Source of the DNA: Isurus oxyrinchus
Taxonomy: Eukaryota
DNA: 64,000 nucleotides
Direction of reading: 5' to 3'
Assembly: GCA_026770705.1 (NCBI GenBank)
Contig: JANJGN010000052.1
Location: forward strand, 2,170,001 to 2,234,000
This document shows, in pieces, positions 49,058 through 60,699 of the stretch. The translations under genes were made by a program, and so were the position numbers. Under the pieces are notes generated by a model. It did no database searches. It saw only the letters and a program-made list of their open reading frames with translations, and was not told the DNA's origin. The number at the start of each line of letters is the position of its first letter. Position 1 is the first letter of the stretch.

Positions 49058-49402
49058 CTGTAATAGAGATGGAAATGGACAAAGTGACAATCAACATGAT
49101 GTGTATTCGGTGTTGGGTTTGATTATTGGGGAGAGAGTTCCAGATTTCCACTCCCCTTTGTGTGAAGAAGTGCTTCCTGACATCACCCCTGAACGGCCTG
49201 GCTCCAATCTGAAGTTCCAGCCCCCTTGTTCTGGACTCCACCCGACCCCCACCACCCACCCCCACCCGAGGGAATAGCTTCTCTCTATCGACCCTATCGA
49301 GTGTTTAATCAGTTTGAACCCCTCAATTAGATCACTCCTTAATCTTCTAGACCCGAGGGAATATAATCGTAGACTATGTGTAACCTGTCTGCATAATTTA
49401 AC

Positions 49403-49705
49403 CAGAAAGATGTTCTGTACAACAAACCTGAGCCTCACACCCAGATCTCAATAATCAGTAGAAATCTTTCAAAGGCATCAATCATTGCAATCTGTCTTTA
49501 TAAAGTCACAACATCAACAAAGGACGGTGTTGGTGGTGGAAGTGAATTCCAATCGTTCCGTTACTTACCCGTACCTTTCCGACTGCTCGCCTGGGGAGGA
49601 ACTGCCCACACGCTCTGCTTGGGCTGAATGACCTCTTCCTGTGCTGCTTCCTCTGTGTATTTAATGAGAAAGGGTGGATGTGTCTCTGTGAGTCAAATCA
49701 GGAAT
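49403..49705 (-). other. Third copy of the promoter/exon-1 block, inside gene C
   Basis: Near-identical to 42385-42690 and 59745-60050; donor kept, GAGGAAGT changed to CAGGAATT. Confidence 0.85.
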
Positions 49706-50407
49706 TGGGGAACAATTGTGAAAACCGTTTCACTGAAACGTAGGCCTTAGTGTTGTGTTGTAAGCAAACTGTTAACCCTTTGTGTCCTGACTCTGTGACG
49801 TGATTCCTGTGTAAAGCTGAGCAGTTGGTGAGCGACTTTCAATTCACTGCTCAGTCCAGATGTTGAGGTGGATCTTCTGAAGGAGCAGATGTTGCTCAGC
49901 GCTCCTTAAAAATGTGAGATACTGAACATTGTGTAAGAGGATGAGAGAGAGAATGAGAAGGAGAGCATTAGTGGAGATTGGAGACAGAGTGAATGAGAGA
50001 GAGAATGAGATGTAGAGCATTAGTGGAGATAAGAGAGAGAGTGAATGAGGGAGAAAATGAGAAGGAGAGCATTAGTGGAGATAAGAGAGAGTGAATGAAA
50101 CATGGAAAAAGGAAAGAGATTGCATTCACTAACAAAAGAAAGGTTTTCATTTATATAGCACCTTTCACATCCTCAGGAGGTCACAAGGTATCTTATGGTC
50201 CAGGTCAACACTGCCTGTTACAGGACTGAGTTGTGAAACAGTGAAAGGTGGATGAGATGTTAAACAGTAGGTGAACATCAAAACTCTTCAGGGGTTGTGA
50301 AGGGTTTTGGATTGTAAAAGGTGCTTTTGAAATGCAAGTTCTTTCTATAAGGAGAGAAGTTTGAAGAAAAAATGTTTGAAATCAACCAATTAAACCTTCG
50401 CACTTAC

Positions 50408-50504
50408 TTTCTCACACACTTGAAGATGAAGAATCCACTCAGTCCAACACTCAAACAGATTCCAGCTCCAAGCAATCCTGCTTTCCATTCATTGGAATCT
50501 CGCC
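50408..50504 (-). CDS. Gene C transmembrane exon RRDSNEWKAGLLGAGICLSVGLSGFFIFKCVRK
   Basis: ttttacag|GG..AA|GTAAGT, 97 nt, same phases as the gene B TM exon. Confidence 0.85.
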
Positions 50505-50744
50505 CTGTAAAATCAGCCAATGAATGACTCCGGTACAGTTTGAGAATGGTTCCCTATGTACATGTAGTAATTCTGAACTTGTGAAGTGATATTGTCTATG
50601 CATGAAAGGTCTATACAAATAACATTTATCTATGTAATATTTATTGATAATATCCATGTACATGCAGGTTTCTATAAGGAGGATTCACATATAACAGAGG
50701 TGCCAAGCTGCTGAGGTGACACACAGGAATACATACACACCAAA

Positions 50745-51745
50745 CAGCGGAAACAACATGCTATAGACAGAGCAAAGCGATCCCACAACCAACGGGTCAG
50801 ATCTAAGCTCTGCAGTCCTGCCACATCCAGTCATGAATGGTGATGGACAATTAAAGATCTAACAGGAGGAGGATGTTCCACAAATATCCCCATCCTTAAC
50901 GATGGGGGAGCTCAGCACATCAGTGCAAACGACAAGGCTGAAGCATTGGCAACCATGTTCAGCCAGAAGTGCTGCGTGGATGCTCCATCTCGGCCTCCTC
51001 CAGAGGGTCCCAGCATCACAGATGTCAGCTTTCAGACAATTCAATTGACTCCACGTGACATCAGGAATCAGCTGATGATACTGGATACAGCAAAGGCTAT
51101 TGGCCCTGGCAACAACCCGGCAACAGGAAATAATGTGGCTACAAGAGCGGGTAAGAGGCTGGGAACTCTGCGGTGAGTAATTCAACTCCTGACCCCCCAA
51201 AGCCTGTCCACCATCGGACAAGGCACAAGTCAGGAGTGTGATGGAATAATCTCCAATTGCCTGAATAAGTGCAGCTCCAACAACACTCAAGAAGCTCGAC
51301 ACCATCCAGGAGCAGCTTGTTTGATCGACAGCCCATCCACCAGCATAAACATTCATACCCTCCACCACTGGCACACAATGGCCGCAGTGTGCACCATCTA
51401 CAAAATGTGCTGCAGCAACTCACCAAGGCTCCTTCGACAGCACCTTCCAAACCCTTAACCTCTTCCACCAAGACAGTTCCAAGTCAGTGTGGTGTGTGAC
51501 TTGGAGGCGAACTTGTGGTGTTGGTCTTCCATGAGATTTGGAAATATATCGGCCGTACCTTCACCGTCGATTGGACAAAATCATAGAACTCCCTCCCTAA
51601 CAGCACAGTGGGTGTACCTACACCACATGGACTGCAGTAGTTAAAGAAGGCAGCTCACCACCACCTTCTCAAGGGGCAGTTACAGATGGGCAATAATTTC
51701 TGGCCTTGTCAACAATGCCCATATCCCATGAGCTAATAAAAACAG
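50745..51745 (+). mobile_element. Internally deleted CR1-group LINE
   Basis: MFSQKC..LDTAKAIGP; 3' tail AAGGCAGCTCACCACCACCTTCTCAAGGG..AATAAA. Confidence 0.8.
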
Positions 51746-51769
51746 AATGTTCAATTCTGTGTAACTCAC

Positions 51770-52051
51770 GTTCCACAGTGATGGTTATGAATCCCTCCAC
51801 TGCTCCATGTTCATTCTCTGCCACACACTGATAGTCTCCAGTGTCCCTGGATGTAACGTGAGGAATCACCAACCACAGCTCATTGTTGGAACTTGTTCTG
51901 TTCATTGGGACATTAAGATGTCGCCACGTCAGGTTAGAAGCTGGGAAGCTCTCGACAGAGCAGATTATCACTGCAGAATTCCCCTCAATTATATTGATCG
52001 ATAAAGCGTTAATCACACCAAGAGAAGTAATTGATAGGTTCCGTGGTGCAT
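51770..52051 (-). CDS. Gene C C2-set exon (third C2)
   Basis: 282 nt, phase 1-1; APRNLSI..EGNSAVIICSVESFPASNLTW..DTGDYQCVAENEHG. Confidence 0.9.
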
Positions 52052-52962
52052 CTAAATACAAATAAAGGTTTCATTGTGAGCAAACACAGTGCACAGCAAG
52101 ACTCCATGATACATCTCCCTCTATTTGGTGCCTATGTGCATTTCAAGGTTTCTGTCCTGTTTTAAGTTCCTATGTCAACTTTTATAATGGTCACTGCCGG
52201 CGTTTTTCTTTTTGTACATTCATGGGAAGTGGATGTATCTATCTAGACCAGCATTTATTACCCATCCCTAATTGCCCTTGAGGAGGTGGTGGTGAGTTTT
52301 TCACCCCCACAGAATTCCCAGCCTCTGACCGGCTCCTGTAGCCACAGTATTTATGGCCGGTCCAGTTAGTTGTTTGGGTAACATCCCCCAGGATGTTGAT
52401 TGTGGGGGATTCAGTGATGGGAAAGTGATTGAATATCAAGGGGAGATGGTTAGATTCTCTCTTGTTGGAGATGATCACTGCCTGGTGCTTGTGTGGTGTG
52501 AACATTACTTGTCATTTCTCAGTCCAAGCTGAGTGTTGTTCAGCTCTTGCTGCGTGTGGATATGTAAACTGTCACGCTGTAATTACAGCCTTCCACCAGA
52601 GGAGACACTGTCGGGCTAGGAGAAAAGAAAATGTCTTTCACATCATCAGGATGTTCACAGGGATTTGACAGCGGAGGAATTGCTTTAGAATAATGGGGTA
52701 TTGAGTGATAAACCTACAATTCTCTGTGCAGGGGGCTGCTCGTCCAATACAGGGTCTTGTTCAGCTGATGTCGTCAGTGTTTCAGAGCAGAATCTGGAGC
52801 AACACTCCAGTGCAGCACAGGGAGAACAGACAACTCACACATGTCTGTGTGTGTGTGAGCAAGCACACGTGTGATTCTGTGTATGTTTCCTTCTGTGTGT
52901 GTGCATGCAGGTGTACACACCTGTGCACATGTGGGATTCAACATGAATGCTTGTTTGTGTGC

Positions 52963-53132
52963 NNNNNNNNNNNNNNNNNNNNNNNNNNNNNNNNNNNNNN
53001 NNNNNNNNNNNNNNNNNNNNNNNNNNNNNNNNNNNNNNNNNNNNNNNNNNNNNNNNNNNNNNNNNNNNNNNNNNNNNNNNNNNNNNNNNNNNNNNNNNNN
53101 NNNNNNNNNNNNNNNNNNNNNNNNNNNNNNNN
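52963..53132. other. Assembly gap (170 N)
   Basis: Run of N. Confidence 1.
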
Positions 53133-53147
53133 TTTGCAGTAACTCAC

Positions 53148-53429
53148 ATTCCACAGTGATGGTTATGAACCCCTCCACTGCTCCATGTTCATTCTCTGCC
53201 ACACACTGATAGTCTCCAGTGTCCCTGGATGCAACGTGAGGAATCACCAACCACAGCTCATTGTTGGAACTTGTTCTGTTCATTGGGACATTAAGATGTC
53301 GCCACGTCAGGTTAGAAGCTGGGAAGCTCTCGACAGAGCAGATTATCACTGCAGAATTCCCCTCAATTATATTGATCGATGAAGCATTAATCATATCAAG
53401 AGAAGTAATTGAGAGATTCTGTGGTCCAT
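53148..53429 (-). CDS. Gene C C2-set exon (second C2)
   Basis: 282 nt, phase 1-1; GPQNLSI.. otherwise near-identical to 51770-52051. Confidence 0.9.
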
Positions 53430-53557
53430 CTAAAAACAAATAAACATCAATTAAGTTACACTGACTGTGAAGCACTTTGAAAGACACTGAGAATGTGAAA
53501 GGTTTGATATCAATATAGGTTCTTTCACCACAAAGCCCATAATCCAGCCAGACACCT

Positions 53558-54152
53558 CAGTTCAGTACTGAGGGTGTGCTGCACTGTGGGAGGGTCAGTA
53601 CTGAGGGAGTGCTGCACTGTCAGAGGGTCAGTACTGAGGGAGTGCTGTACTGTCGGTGGGTAAGTACTGAGGGAGTGCTGCACTGTCAGAGAGTCAGTAC
53701 TGAGGGAGTGCTGCACTGTCAGAGGTTCAGTACATAGGGACTGCTGCACTGTCTGATGGTCAGTACAGAGGGGTTGCTGCACTGTCGGAGGGTCAGAAAT
53801 GAGGATGTGCTGCACTCTCAGAAGGTCAGTACTGAGTGGGTGCTGCACTGTCGAAGAGTCATTACTGAGGGGGTGCTGCACTATGGGAGGGTCAGTACTG
53901 AGGGAGCACTGCACTGTTGAAGGGTCAGTACTGAGGGAGTGCTGCACTGTCGAAGGGTCAGTACTGAGGGAGTGCTGCACTGTTAGAGGGTCAGTACAGA
54001 GGGAGTGCTGCACTGTCAGAGGGTCAGTACTGAGGGAGCACTGCACTGTTGAAGGGTCAGTACTGAGGGAGTGCTGCACTGTCAAAGGGTCAGTACTGAG
54101 GGAGTGCTGCAGTGTTGGAGAGTCAGTATTCAAGGACTGCTGCAGTGTCAGA
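53558..54152. repeat. 33-bp minisatellite (reverse orientation)
   Basis: AGGGTCAGTACTGAGGGAGTGCTGCACTGTC units. Confidence 0.9.
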
Positions 54153-54273
54153 GGCGGATTTGTATCAGTTAAAGACTATTGATTTGTTGCTAAACACAAT
54201 GCAGTTGTGGGATCTTGCAGTGTACTATGTAGAGCATTCTAGCTAATGTAGATGGAAGGGTGTCTGTTCTTAC

Positions 54274-54558
54274 CTTGCACAGTTAGTACGAGGGTCTTCT
54301 CCGATGAAACAGATGGATATCTCACTCTGCAGCTTAGAGTGTGTCCGTGGTGTTTGAGTGATGGGATCAGGGTCAGAACAGAAGTATAGGTCAGAGTGAC
54401 ACCATGATGAGTTACAGTGTTTGAGACTGATCCAGGTACGTCAGTGGGAATGTCCCAGGATAAGACAGGTGCTGCTGTTCCACTGCACGTTGTGTTGAAG
54501 GTGCAGCTTACATCCACACGCTCTCCTGCATTAATTTCAGCAGGGAATATCGTGAAAT
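54274..54558 (-). CDS. Gene C first C2-set exon (12-nt in-frame deletion relative to gene B)
   Basis: 285 nt, phase 1-1; DFTIFPAEINAG..SCTFNTTC..HHGHTLSCRVRYP. Confidence 0.9.
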
Positions 54559-55588
54559 CTAACAGACAGAGAATGGATCCTTTTAGAGAAATATAACGTG
54601 AAGCATCAGTTCAAATAGAAACCACAGTCCCACAAGAGAAAGCACTTTTACAAGGATGATATCAGAACTGAGATGTTTTAACGATCCTGATAGACTGTTA
54701 GACACGATTCGAGAGATCGATGGGAGTGGAATACATTTAATCATTGATATTAAAGTGAGTTTTAAATGTTGCTTTAGGACTGAACTGGAAGCTATCACCA
54801 GGTTATTGAGAATCAGACATTGTGTTACAATAAGCTGTGTTTTGTGTTAATATGTAAACGTCACAGTTTCACTTCATTGGCTGTGAATCAGTTTAGGATC
54901 GTCCTGAGGTGGTGAAAGGCGCTATGGAAATGTGAGACTTGCTTTTGTATTTTGAAAGCAGGTTTCCAAGGATGAGATGGGAACTGAGAGGTAACAACAA
55001 TCAGCAGCAACTTTCCTATTTTCAAACTTGGTGGGGAATGTGTCACTGAGCTGAATACACTTTCACTCCCAGACCCTTGAATTGCCAACACTGGGGTGTG
55101 GGTGATGGAGCAGTCCACAGCTCATGGAACCCTGGCTCATCATTCTCTCAGAGATCTGGGTCACTGATCCCATTGCTCTCTGTGGGAGCTTCCTGTGAAC
55201 AAACTCACTGCCACGTTAGACAGTGACTATACTTCAAGAATTTCTTCATTGTCTGTGAAGTGATTTGGTACATGGTGAAAGGTGCTATAGAAATGCAAGT
55301 CTTTACTTTGTCAATTTGCCAGACTTTTAAATAGGGATTAGAGAGTTCTATGTGAGTGGATAACCTGATAACATTGATGGACACAGTCAATACATTTAAT
55401 CATTGATATTAAAGTGAGTATTAGAGGTTGCTTTAGGACTGAACTGGAAGCTATCACCAGGTCGTTGAGAATCAGACAGTGTGTTATAATAAGCTGTGTT
55501 TTGTGTTAATATGTAAACGTCACAGTTTGTGTTATTTCCCACTGAGTGTTGAATGTGAATTGTTGAGTAATTATAACACAGCACTTAC

Positions 55589-55954
55589 CAGAAATGTGAA
55601 GCCGGGTTACAGGGTAATAGTTATAGCGCGGACCATTGTCAAATTCTATTCTGAAAAAATAAGGTCCTGCATCTTCCCGTCTGATGTTGTTTATAATCAG
55701 GGAACAGTTGCCATCTTTCAGGTCTCCAGACAGCCGGGTCCGATGGCGGAACCGTGGTAACTCGTGACGGTGATCCTTGGAGTGAAAGGCTATGGACAAT
55801 CTTCTCCGTTCCTCATTATTAAACCAGACTCCACCTCGTGGTTGGCTGTCCAAATGTGCTGGATAACTGTAATGACATGGAATCTGTACACACGAACCTT
55901 CCTGCGCTGTCACCTCTCGTGGAGTATCACCTTTCCACTCTTGTGACAGTCCAA
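55589..55954 (-). CDS. Gene C V-set exon (Arg intact)
   Basis: 366 nt, phase 1-1; VGLSQEW..GSCVQIPC..DAGPYFFRIEFDNGPRYNYYP. Confidence 0.9.
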
Positions 55955-56184
55955 CTGGGGAGAGAAAAATCAATATTTAACTCTGGATGTTTTTTCGATC
56001 CATAATTCTTGATATCCACTCCCTCCATCACTGGGACACAGTGGCTGCAGTTTGGACCATCTACAGGACACACAAGTAACTCCCCAAGGTTTCACAATGG
56101 ATCGATGAGAGTCCTGGACACAGGAGTGGACAAGTTCATTCTACCTTGGCTCCTGGTCCTCAGGACTCTATTTAGTTTTTTCAA

Positions 56185-56440
56185 ATTATTCATTCATGGG
56201 ATTTATTACCCATCCCATGTCCATCAGAGGCATTTAATAGTCAACCACATTGCGGTGGGATTGGAGTGACATGTAGGGCACACTGGGTAAGGGTCGCAGA
56301 TTTCCTTCCCTTATGGTGATCAGTGAACCAGGCTTTTTAATCCCATTCATCTGCCGTGATGGAATTCACACCCAGGGCCCCAGAGCATCACCCTTGGTCT
56401 CTGGAATACTAGCCCAGTGACAATACCTCTCTGCTACCGC
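56185..56440 (-). mobile_element. tRNA-derived SINE, same family as 61-404
   Basis: GTCAACCACATTGC..GAGTGACATGTAGG..AGATTTCCTTCCCT blocks shared; further pieces at 57610-57980 and 27040-27250. Confidence 0.7.
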
Positions 56441-57321
56441 TTCCCCTTAGTGAAGCCAGTCTTCTACCCAACACAGTGTCTACAAGACGCACTAATTGAG
56501 ATCCATTCAGTGCTGATTTACAAGACAGGACAATGGATTAGGAGCCCTCAGAACTCCCCCCATTATCACCGTCATGAATCACTAATTAGCCTAACATTCC
56601 TGTCTGCTCTTCAACACAGCTGATTGAATCAGATTAGCCAATCTGATTGGTGTTCATTCCCTCTTCAATGTTTAAGGAATCACCAATCACTCGGCCTCTA
56701 GTTATTCTCCTTCCCACAAGAGGGAACATTCTCTGTCTACCCAGTCAATCAAAACATTTCATCTAAACCTAGTGGTGCTTGAGTATATAGTCGGGAATCC
56801 AGGGCAATGGAGCCTCAGGAGAAGAGATGGAAACCCTGTGAGGTGGAACGTCACTGAGGCCATCCGAGTTGAAGCAACTTTTGGAGAGAATTCCAAGGCA
56901 AGATCTTCGAAGTTGAAGATTGGAATCCCTCATGAGAGAAACAGAGTTTCAGTGAGATTGGTTGACTGACAGTGTTCACTGATGTCCGGGTGGGTTGTTG
57001 TGAAATCCATGGGCTCTATCTTGGTCGCGTTTACAATTTAATGAGTAATGTGGCTGTGAGACCACAGTTTGCCTGTTAATTCACATGAGCTCATGTTAAT
57101 CCAGAATGTTAGGGTATAAGGTGGATATTGTGAATTATTTTATCTTTCTGAACTGGGGCAGTCAAGTTTATTTTTGTTTGTTTAAAATCCATGGAATCTT
57201 GTAGCTTTATTCTCTTTGCAAGCATCTTAAATCTCAAACCTCGTCTACTTGAAACAAAATATTATTGGTTCCTAACTATAAATTTTCAAAAAAATTGGGT
57301 GCCTGTTCCTCCATCAGCAAC

Positions 57322-58558
57322 TCTTCAGAATCCTGCTGAAGTCACGGATATTTCAGAAGGACAGGGAACAAGAAGTTTCTGGTATCAGCGTTTTGTGTGG
57401 GGCCCAGTTCAGTTTGAACAAATAAACAACACCATCTTTGAAAGTCATGAACCCACCACAGCGGCACCTCCGACACATGCAGAGCTCAGGCGAGAGGCGC
57501 TTTGTTAGTGTGTTTCACAGGGTCTGCTGGAGTAGGGTCAGTGCTGAGAGGGTCTGCTCAAGGATCATAACAACCTGCACTTGCACCTTCCAAGTAATAA
57601 GATTTTGTAAATGTATTCATTCATGGGATGTGGGCGTCGCTGCCAAGGCCAGCATTTGCTGCCCATCTCTAATGTCCCGTGACATAATCTCTGTAGCAGA
57701 GTAGAGACAATCATGATCACTCAGGATATTTGACATCTATCCACATGAGCAGCTTTGCCTTCCTTCTCTCTTTCAGTTATCTTACTCCCTTATTGAAGTT
57801 TCTAGCATGGTGAGAACTGGATGGTTTGCTCGGACATTTCAGAGGAACCACGTTGCTATGAGTCTGGAGTCACATGTAGGCCAGACCAGATATAGACGGC
57901 AGATTTCCTTCCCTAAAGGCCATTAGTGAACCAGATGGGTGTGTATGACAATCGATGATAGTTTCATGGTCTCCATTACTGAGACTGACTCCCATTAGTG
58001 TAAACAGAGTGAACAGTTTTCCATTGATCCCACCTTTCCCGTTCTCTCCGGTGTTTTACACACTATTGCTCGATAATTTGATTCTGCCAAGGACCCCTTG
58101 GAAAATCATGGACCCCAGTTAGACAACCAATGGAATAAGGAATCTCTTGGATTCTCACTGCCAAAGGAATCTCTTTGGATCCTCATTGTCTAAGGAATCT
58201 CTTTGGATCCTCATTGTCTGAGGAATCTCTTTGGATTCTCATTGTCTAAGGGATTATTTCTGATCCAAACCCCATATTGTTGTATTGTTGATTCTGATGC
58301 AGCATTGTAGACTGACTTGTCCCCAAGCTCAGCACTGACCCTACTCCAGCAGACACTGTGAAACACACTAACAAAGCGCCTCTAGCCTGAGCTCTGCATG
58401 TGTCGGAGGTGCCGCTGCGGTGGGTTCATGACTTTCAAAGGCGCTGTTGTCATTTTTTTTGTTCAAACTGAACTGGCCCCCACATGAAACGCTGATACCA
58501 GAAACCTCTTGTTCCCTGTCCATCTGAAACATCTGTGATTCAGCAGGATTCTGAAGAT
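57322..58558. repeat. Inverted repeat, ~230-bp arms (57322-57550 and 58328-58558)
   Basis: CATGAACCCACCACAGCGGCACCTCCGACACATGCAGAGCTCAGG matches the reverse complement of CCTGAGCTCTGCATGTGTCGGAGGTGCCGCTGCGGTGGGTTCATG with one mismatch. Confidence 0.9.
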
Positions 58559-59438
58559 TTGGTGACAAGGGTCTTAAATTGTCTGATTGTTGAATGAAAC
58601 AACATAGGAGGAGCTCATTTGACCCATCATGCATGTGCTGGCTCTTTCCCAATTCCTCTCCAGCACCTTTCGCACATCCCTGCAAATTTCCCTTCAAGTA
58701 TTTATCCAGTTCCCCTTCTGAAAGTTCCTGTTGAATCTGCTTCCACCGCCCTTTCAGGCAGTGAGTCAATGGTCTCTCTCTGAGCTGCAAAGTGCCCAGA
58801 TTCTGTGAAATTTAAACTCTGCAGCAGGTCAGAGACAATCATGATAACTCAGAATATTTGACAGTTTTACACACAGACAGCTTTGCCTTCCTTCTCTCTT
58901 TCAGTTATCTTGTTCCCTTATTGAAGTATCTAGCATGGTGAGAATGGACAGGAAGTGTGACACTGAACAGCCTGTCTATTCTAGGAGCTGCTGTGCTGTC
59001 TTCATGGGCAATTTTGAATAAAGGCAGCAAAAGACACAAATTTCAGGTCATTGCTATCGGAGACCTAACATTAGGATAGGCTTCACCCCCAAGGTTTTAT
59101 CCCTGCTTCTCTACTCAACCCATCAATCCCCATCGCTCACTGACCAACGTCTGACAGCACCTGAATTTTAAGATTCTGCTCTCGCTGCTACAAACCTGCC
59201 TATCCCTGTACACTCCTCCAGCCCCTACAACCCTCCAAGGCCTCTGCTCTCCTCCAATTCTGCTGTCAGACAGGGAGTCAGTGTATATCAGTGAGCACAG
59301 GGGTGATGGGTGAATGGGACATGGTGTGAGTATGTACACTGGCTCACTGCTGAATCGGTTCCCTATCAGAGCTCAATAAGAATGATCTTTTACAAAGACT
59401 ATTAACCATAAATCTGTCCGAGCTGACAATGGTATTAC

Positions 59439-59478
59439 CTTGGAGAAGTGACAGGAGGAAGTATGATTTACCGATCAT
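59439..59478 (-). CDS. Gene C signal-peptide exon MIGKSYFLLSLLQ
   Basis: ATG at 59478, phase-1 donor G|GTAATA, acceptor tctctttcag at 59521; joins VGLS|QEW in frame. Confidence 0.85.
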
Positions 59479-59910
59479 TGTCCACTCCCAGATATTTCCT
59501 CAGCTTATAACTCTGAAGATCTGAAAGAGAAAGGAGTTAATGAGACTTCACCTCTTGTCCGACAGCTCTCGAGAGATCAGAACTGCTTTTAGACAATATC
59601 TTCACAGACTAATTTGATTCTTTGTGGGATGATAGGTGCTCTGCAGAGAGGTACAAGGCTTTCAGAAAGAAAAACAATGAAGGACTTGCATTTCTATAGC
59701 ACCTTTCACCACCTCAGAATGTCCCCAAGCTCATGTCCCTTGAGCTAGAAAGATGTTTGTACAACAGACTTGAGCCTCACACCCAGATCTCAATAATCAG
59801 TAGAAATCTTTCAAAGGCATCAATCATTGGAATCTGTCTTTATAAAGTCACAACATCAACAAAGGACGGTGTTGGTGGTGGAAGTGAATTCCAATCGTTC
59901 CGTTACTTAC

Positions 59911-60050
59911 CCAGGACCTGTCCGACTGCTCGCCTTGGGAGGAACTGCCCACACGCTCTGCTTGGGCTGAATGACCTCTTCCTGTGCTGCTCCCTCTGTG
60001 TATTTAATGAGAAAGAGCTGATGTATCTCTGTGAGACAAAATGAGGAAGT
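59911..60050 (-). promoter_or_regulatory. Gene C putative promoter and non-coding exon 1
   Basis: GG|GTAAGT donor, TTAAATA, AAAATGAGGAAGT PU.1-like site. Confidence 0.55.
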
Positions 60051-60699
60051 TGGAACAAAGTGACAGAACAGCACTTTGCTGTGCACTGACAGTAAACCTT
60101 GTGTCTGTATAAGAATATAAGAACATTACAAGTAGGATGTGTTTTTTCTTGAACTTACTAATGAAATTGGTGCAATGAAAGGGGCTTTTATTGTTCGAAG
60201 AGCTGGAGTTCAGAAGACCGAGTGATACAATGGAAAATTTACATTCAAAGGGAAAGCTAGCTATATAAAGGAAGGAGCTTGTGTGTGTGAGGCAGGAGCA
60301 TTTCAGACCTAACCAGCCTGTAGCCTCCAACCAACTAGCAAAGGAACCTCATTCAGAACTCGTATTGTCAAATGTGCTTTGCCTGGTGTCTATATTATGT
60401 CAATGGTTCATTGTTGCCTTAGTAGAGATTTACGTCGGGGTGATTAATTGGGGATTTGTTAAAAATTTATTATAGTAGTTACTTGTAGCCAATGTGTATG
60501 TGTTAAATTTGTTGTTAAATTAATAAATGGTTTATTTAGTTTTATATAAAAAAACTCAAAAGCCTCGGTCGTCTTATTCCTGCTGAATTCAAAGTCTTCA
60601 TCTCAAAATTACAATCAGCAAAATTGGGTTATGACAGTTGTTTCAATTTTCCCTCTGGGATTTGAACAACTCAGCCTTTACCCTTGGCTGTGTCATAGT

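Noticed and set aside
50408-50504. Canonical DAP12-binding transmembrane lysine
   Set aside because: The lysines lie at the helix ends, not centrally.
32714-55954. Rearranging Ig/TCR/IgNAR V segments
   Set aside because: The V exons include the G strand, end in splice donors, have Siglec-type B-E cysteines instead of YYC, and I saw no heptamer-nonamer RSS beside them.
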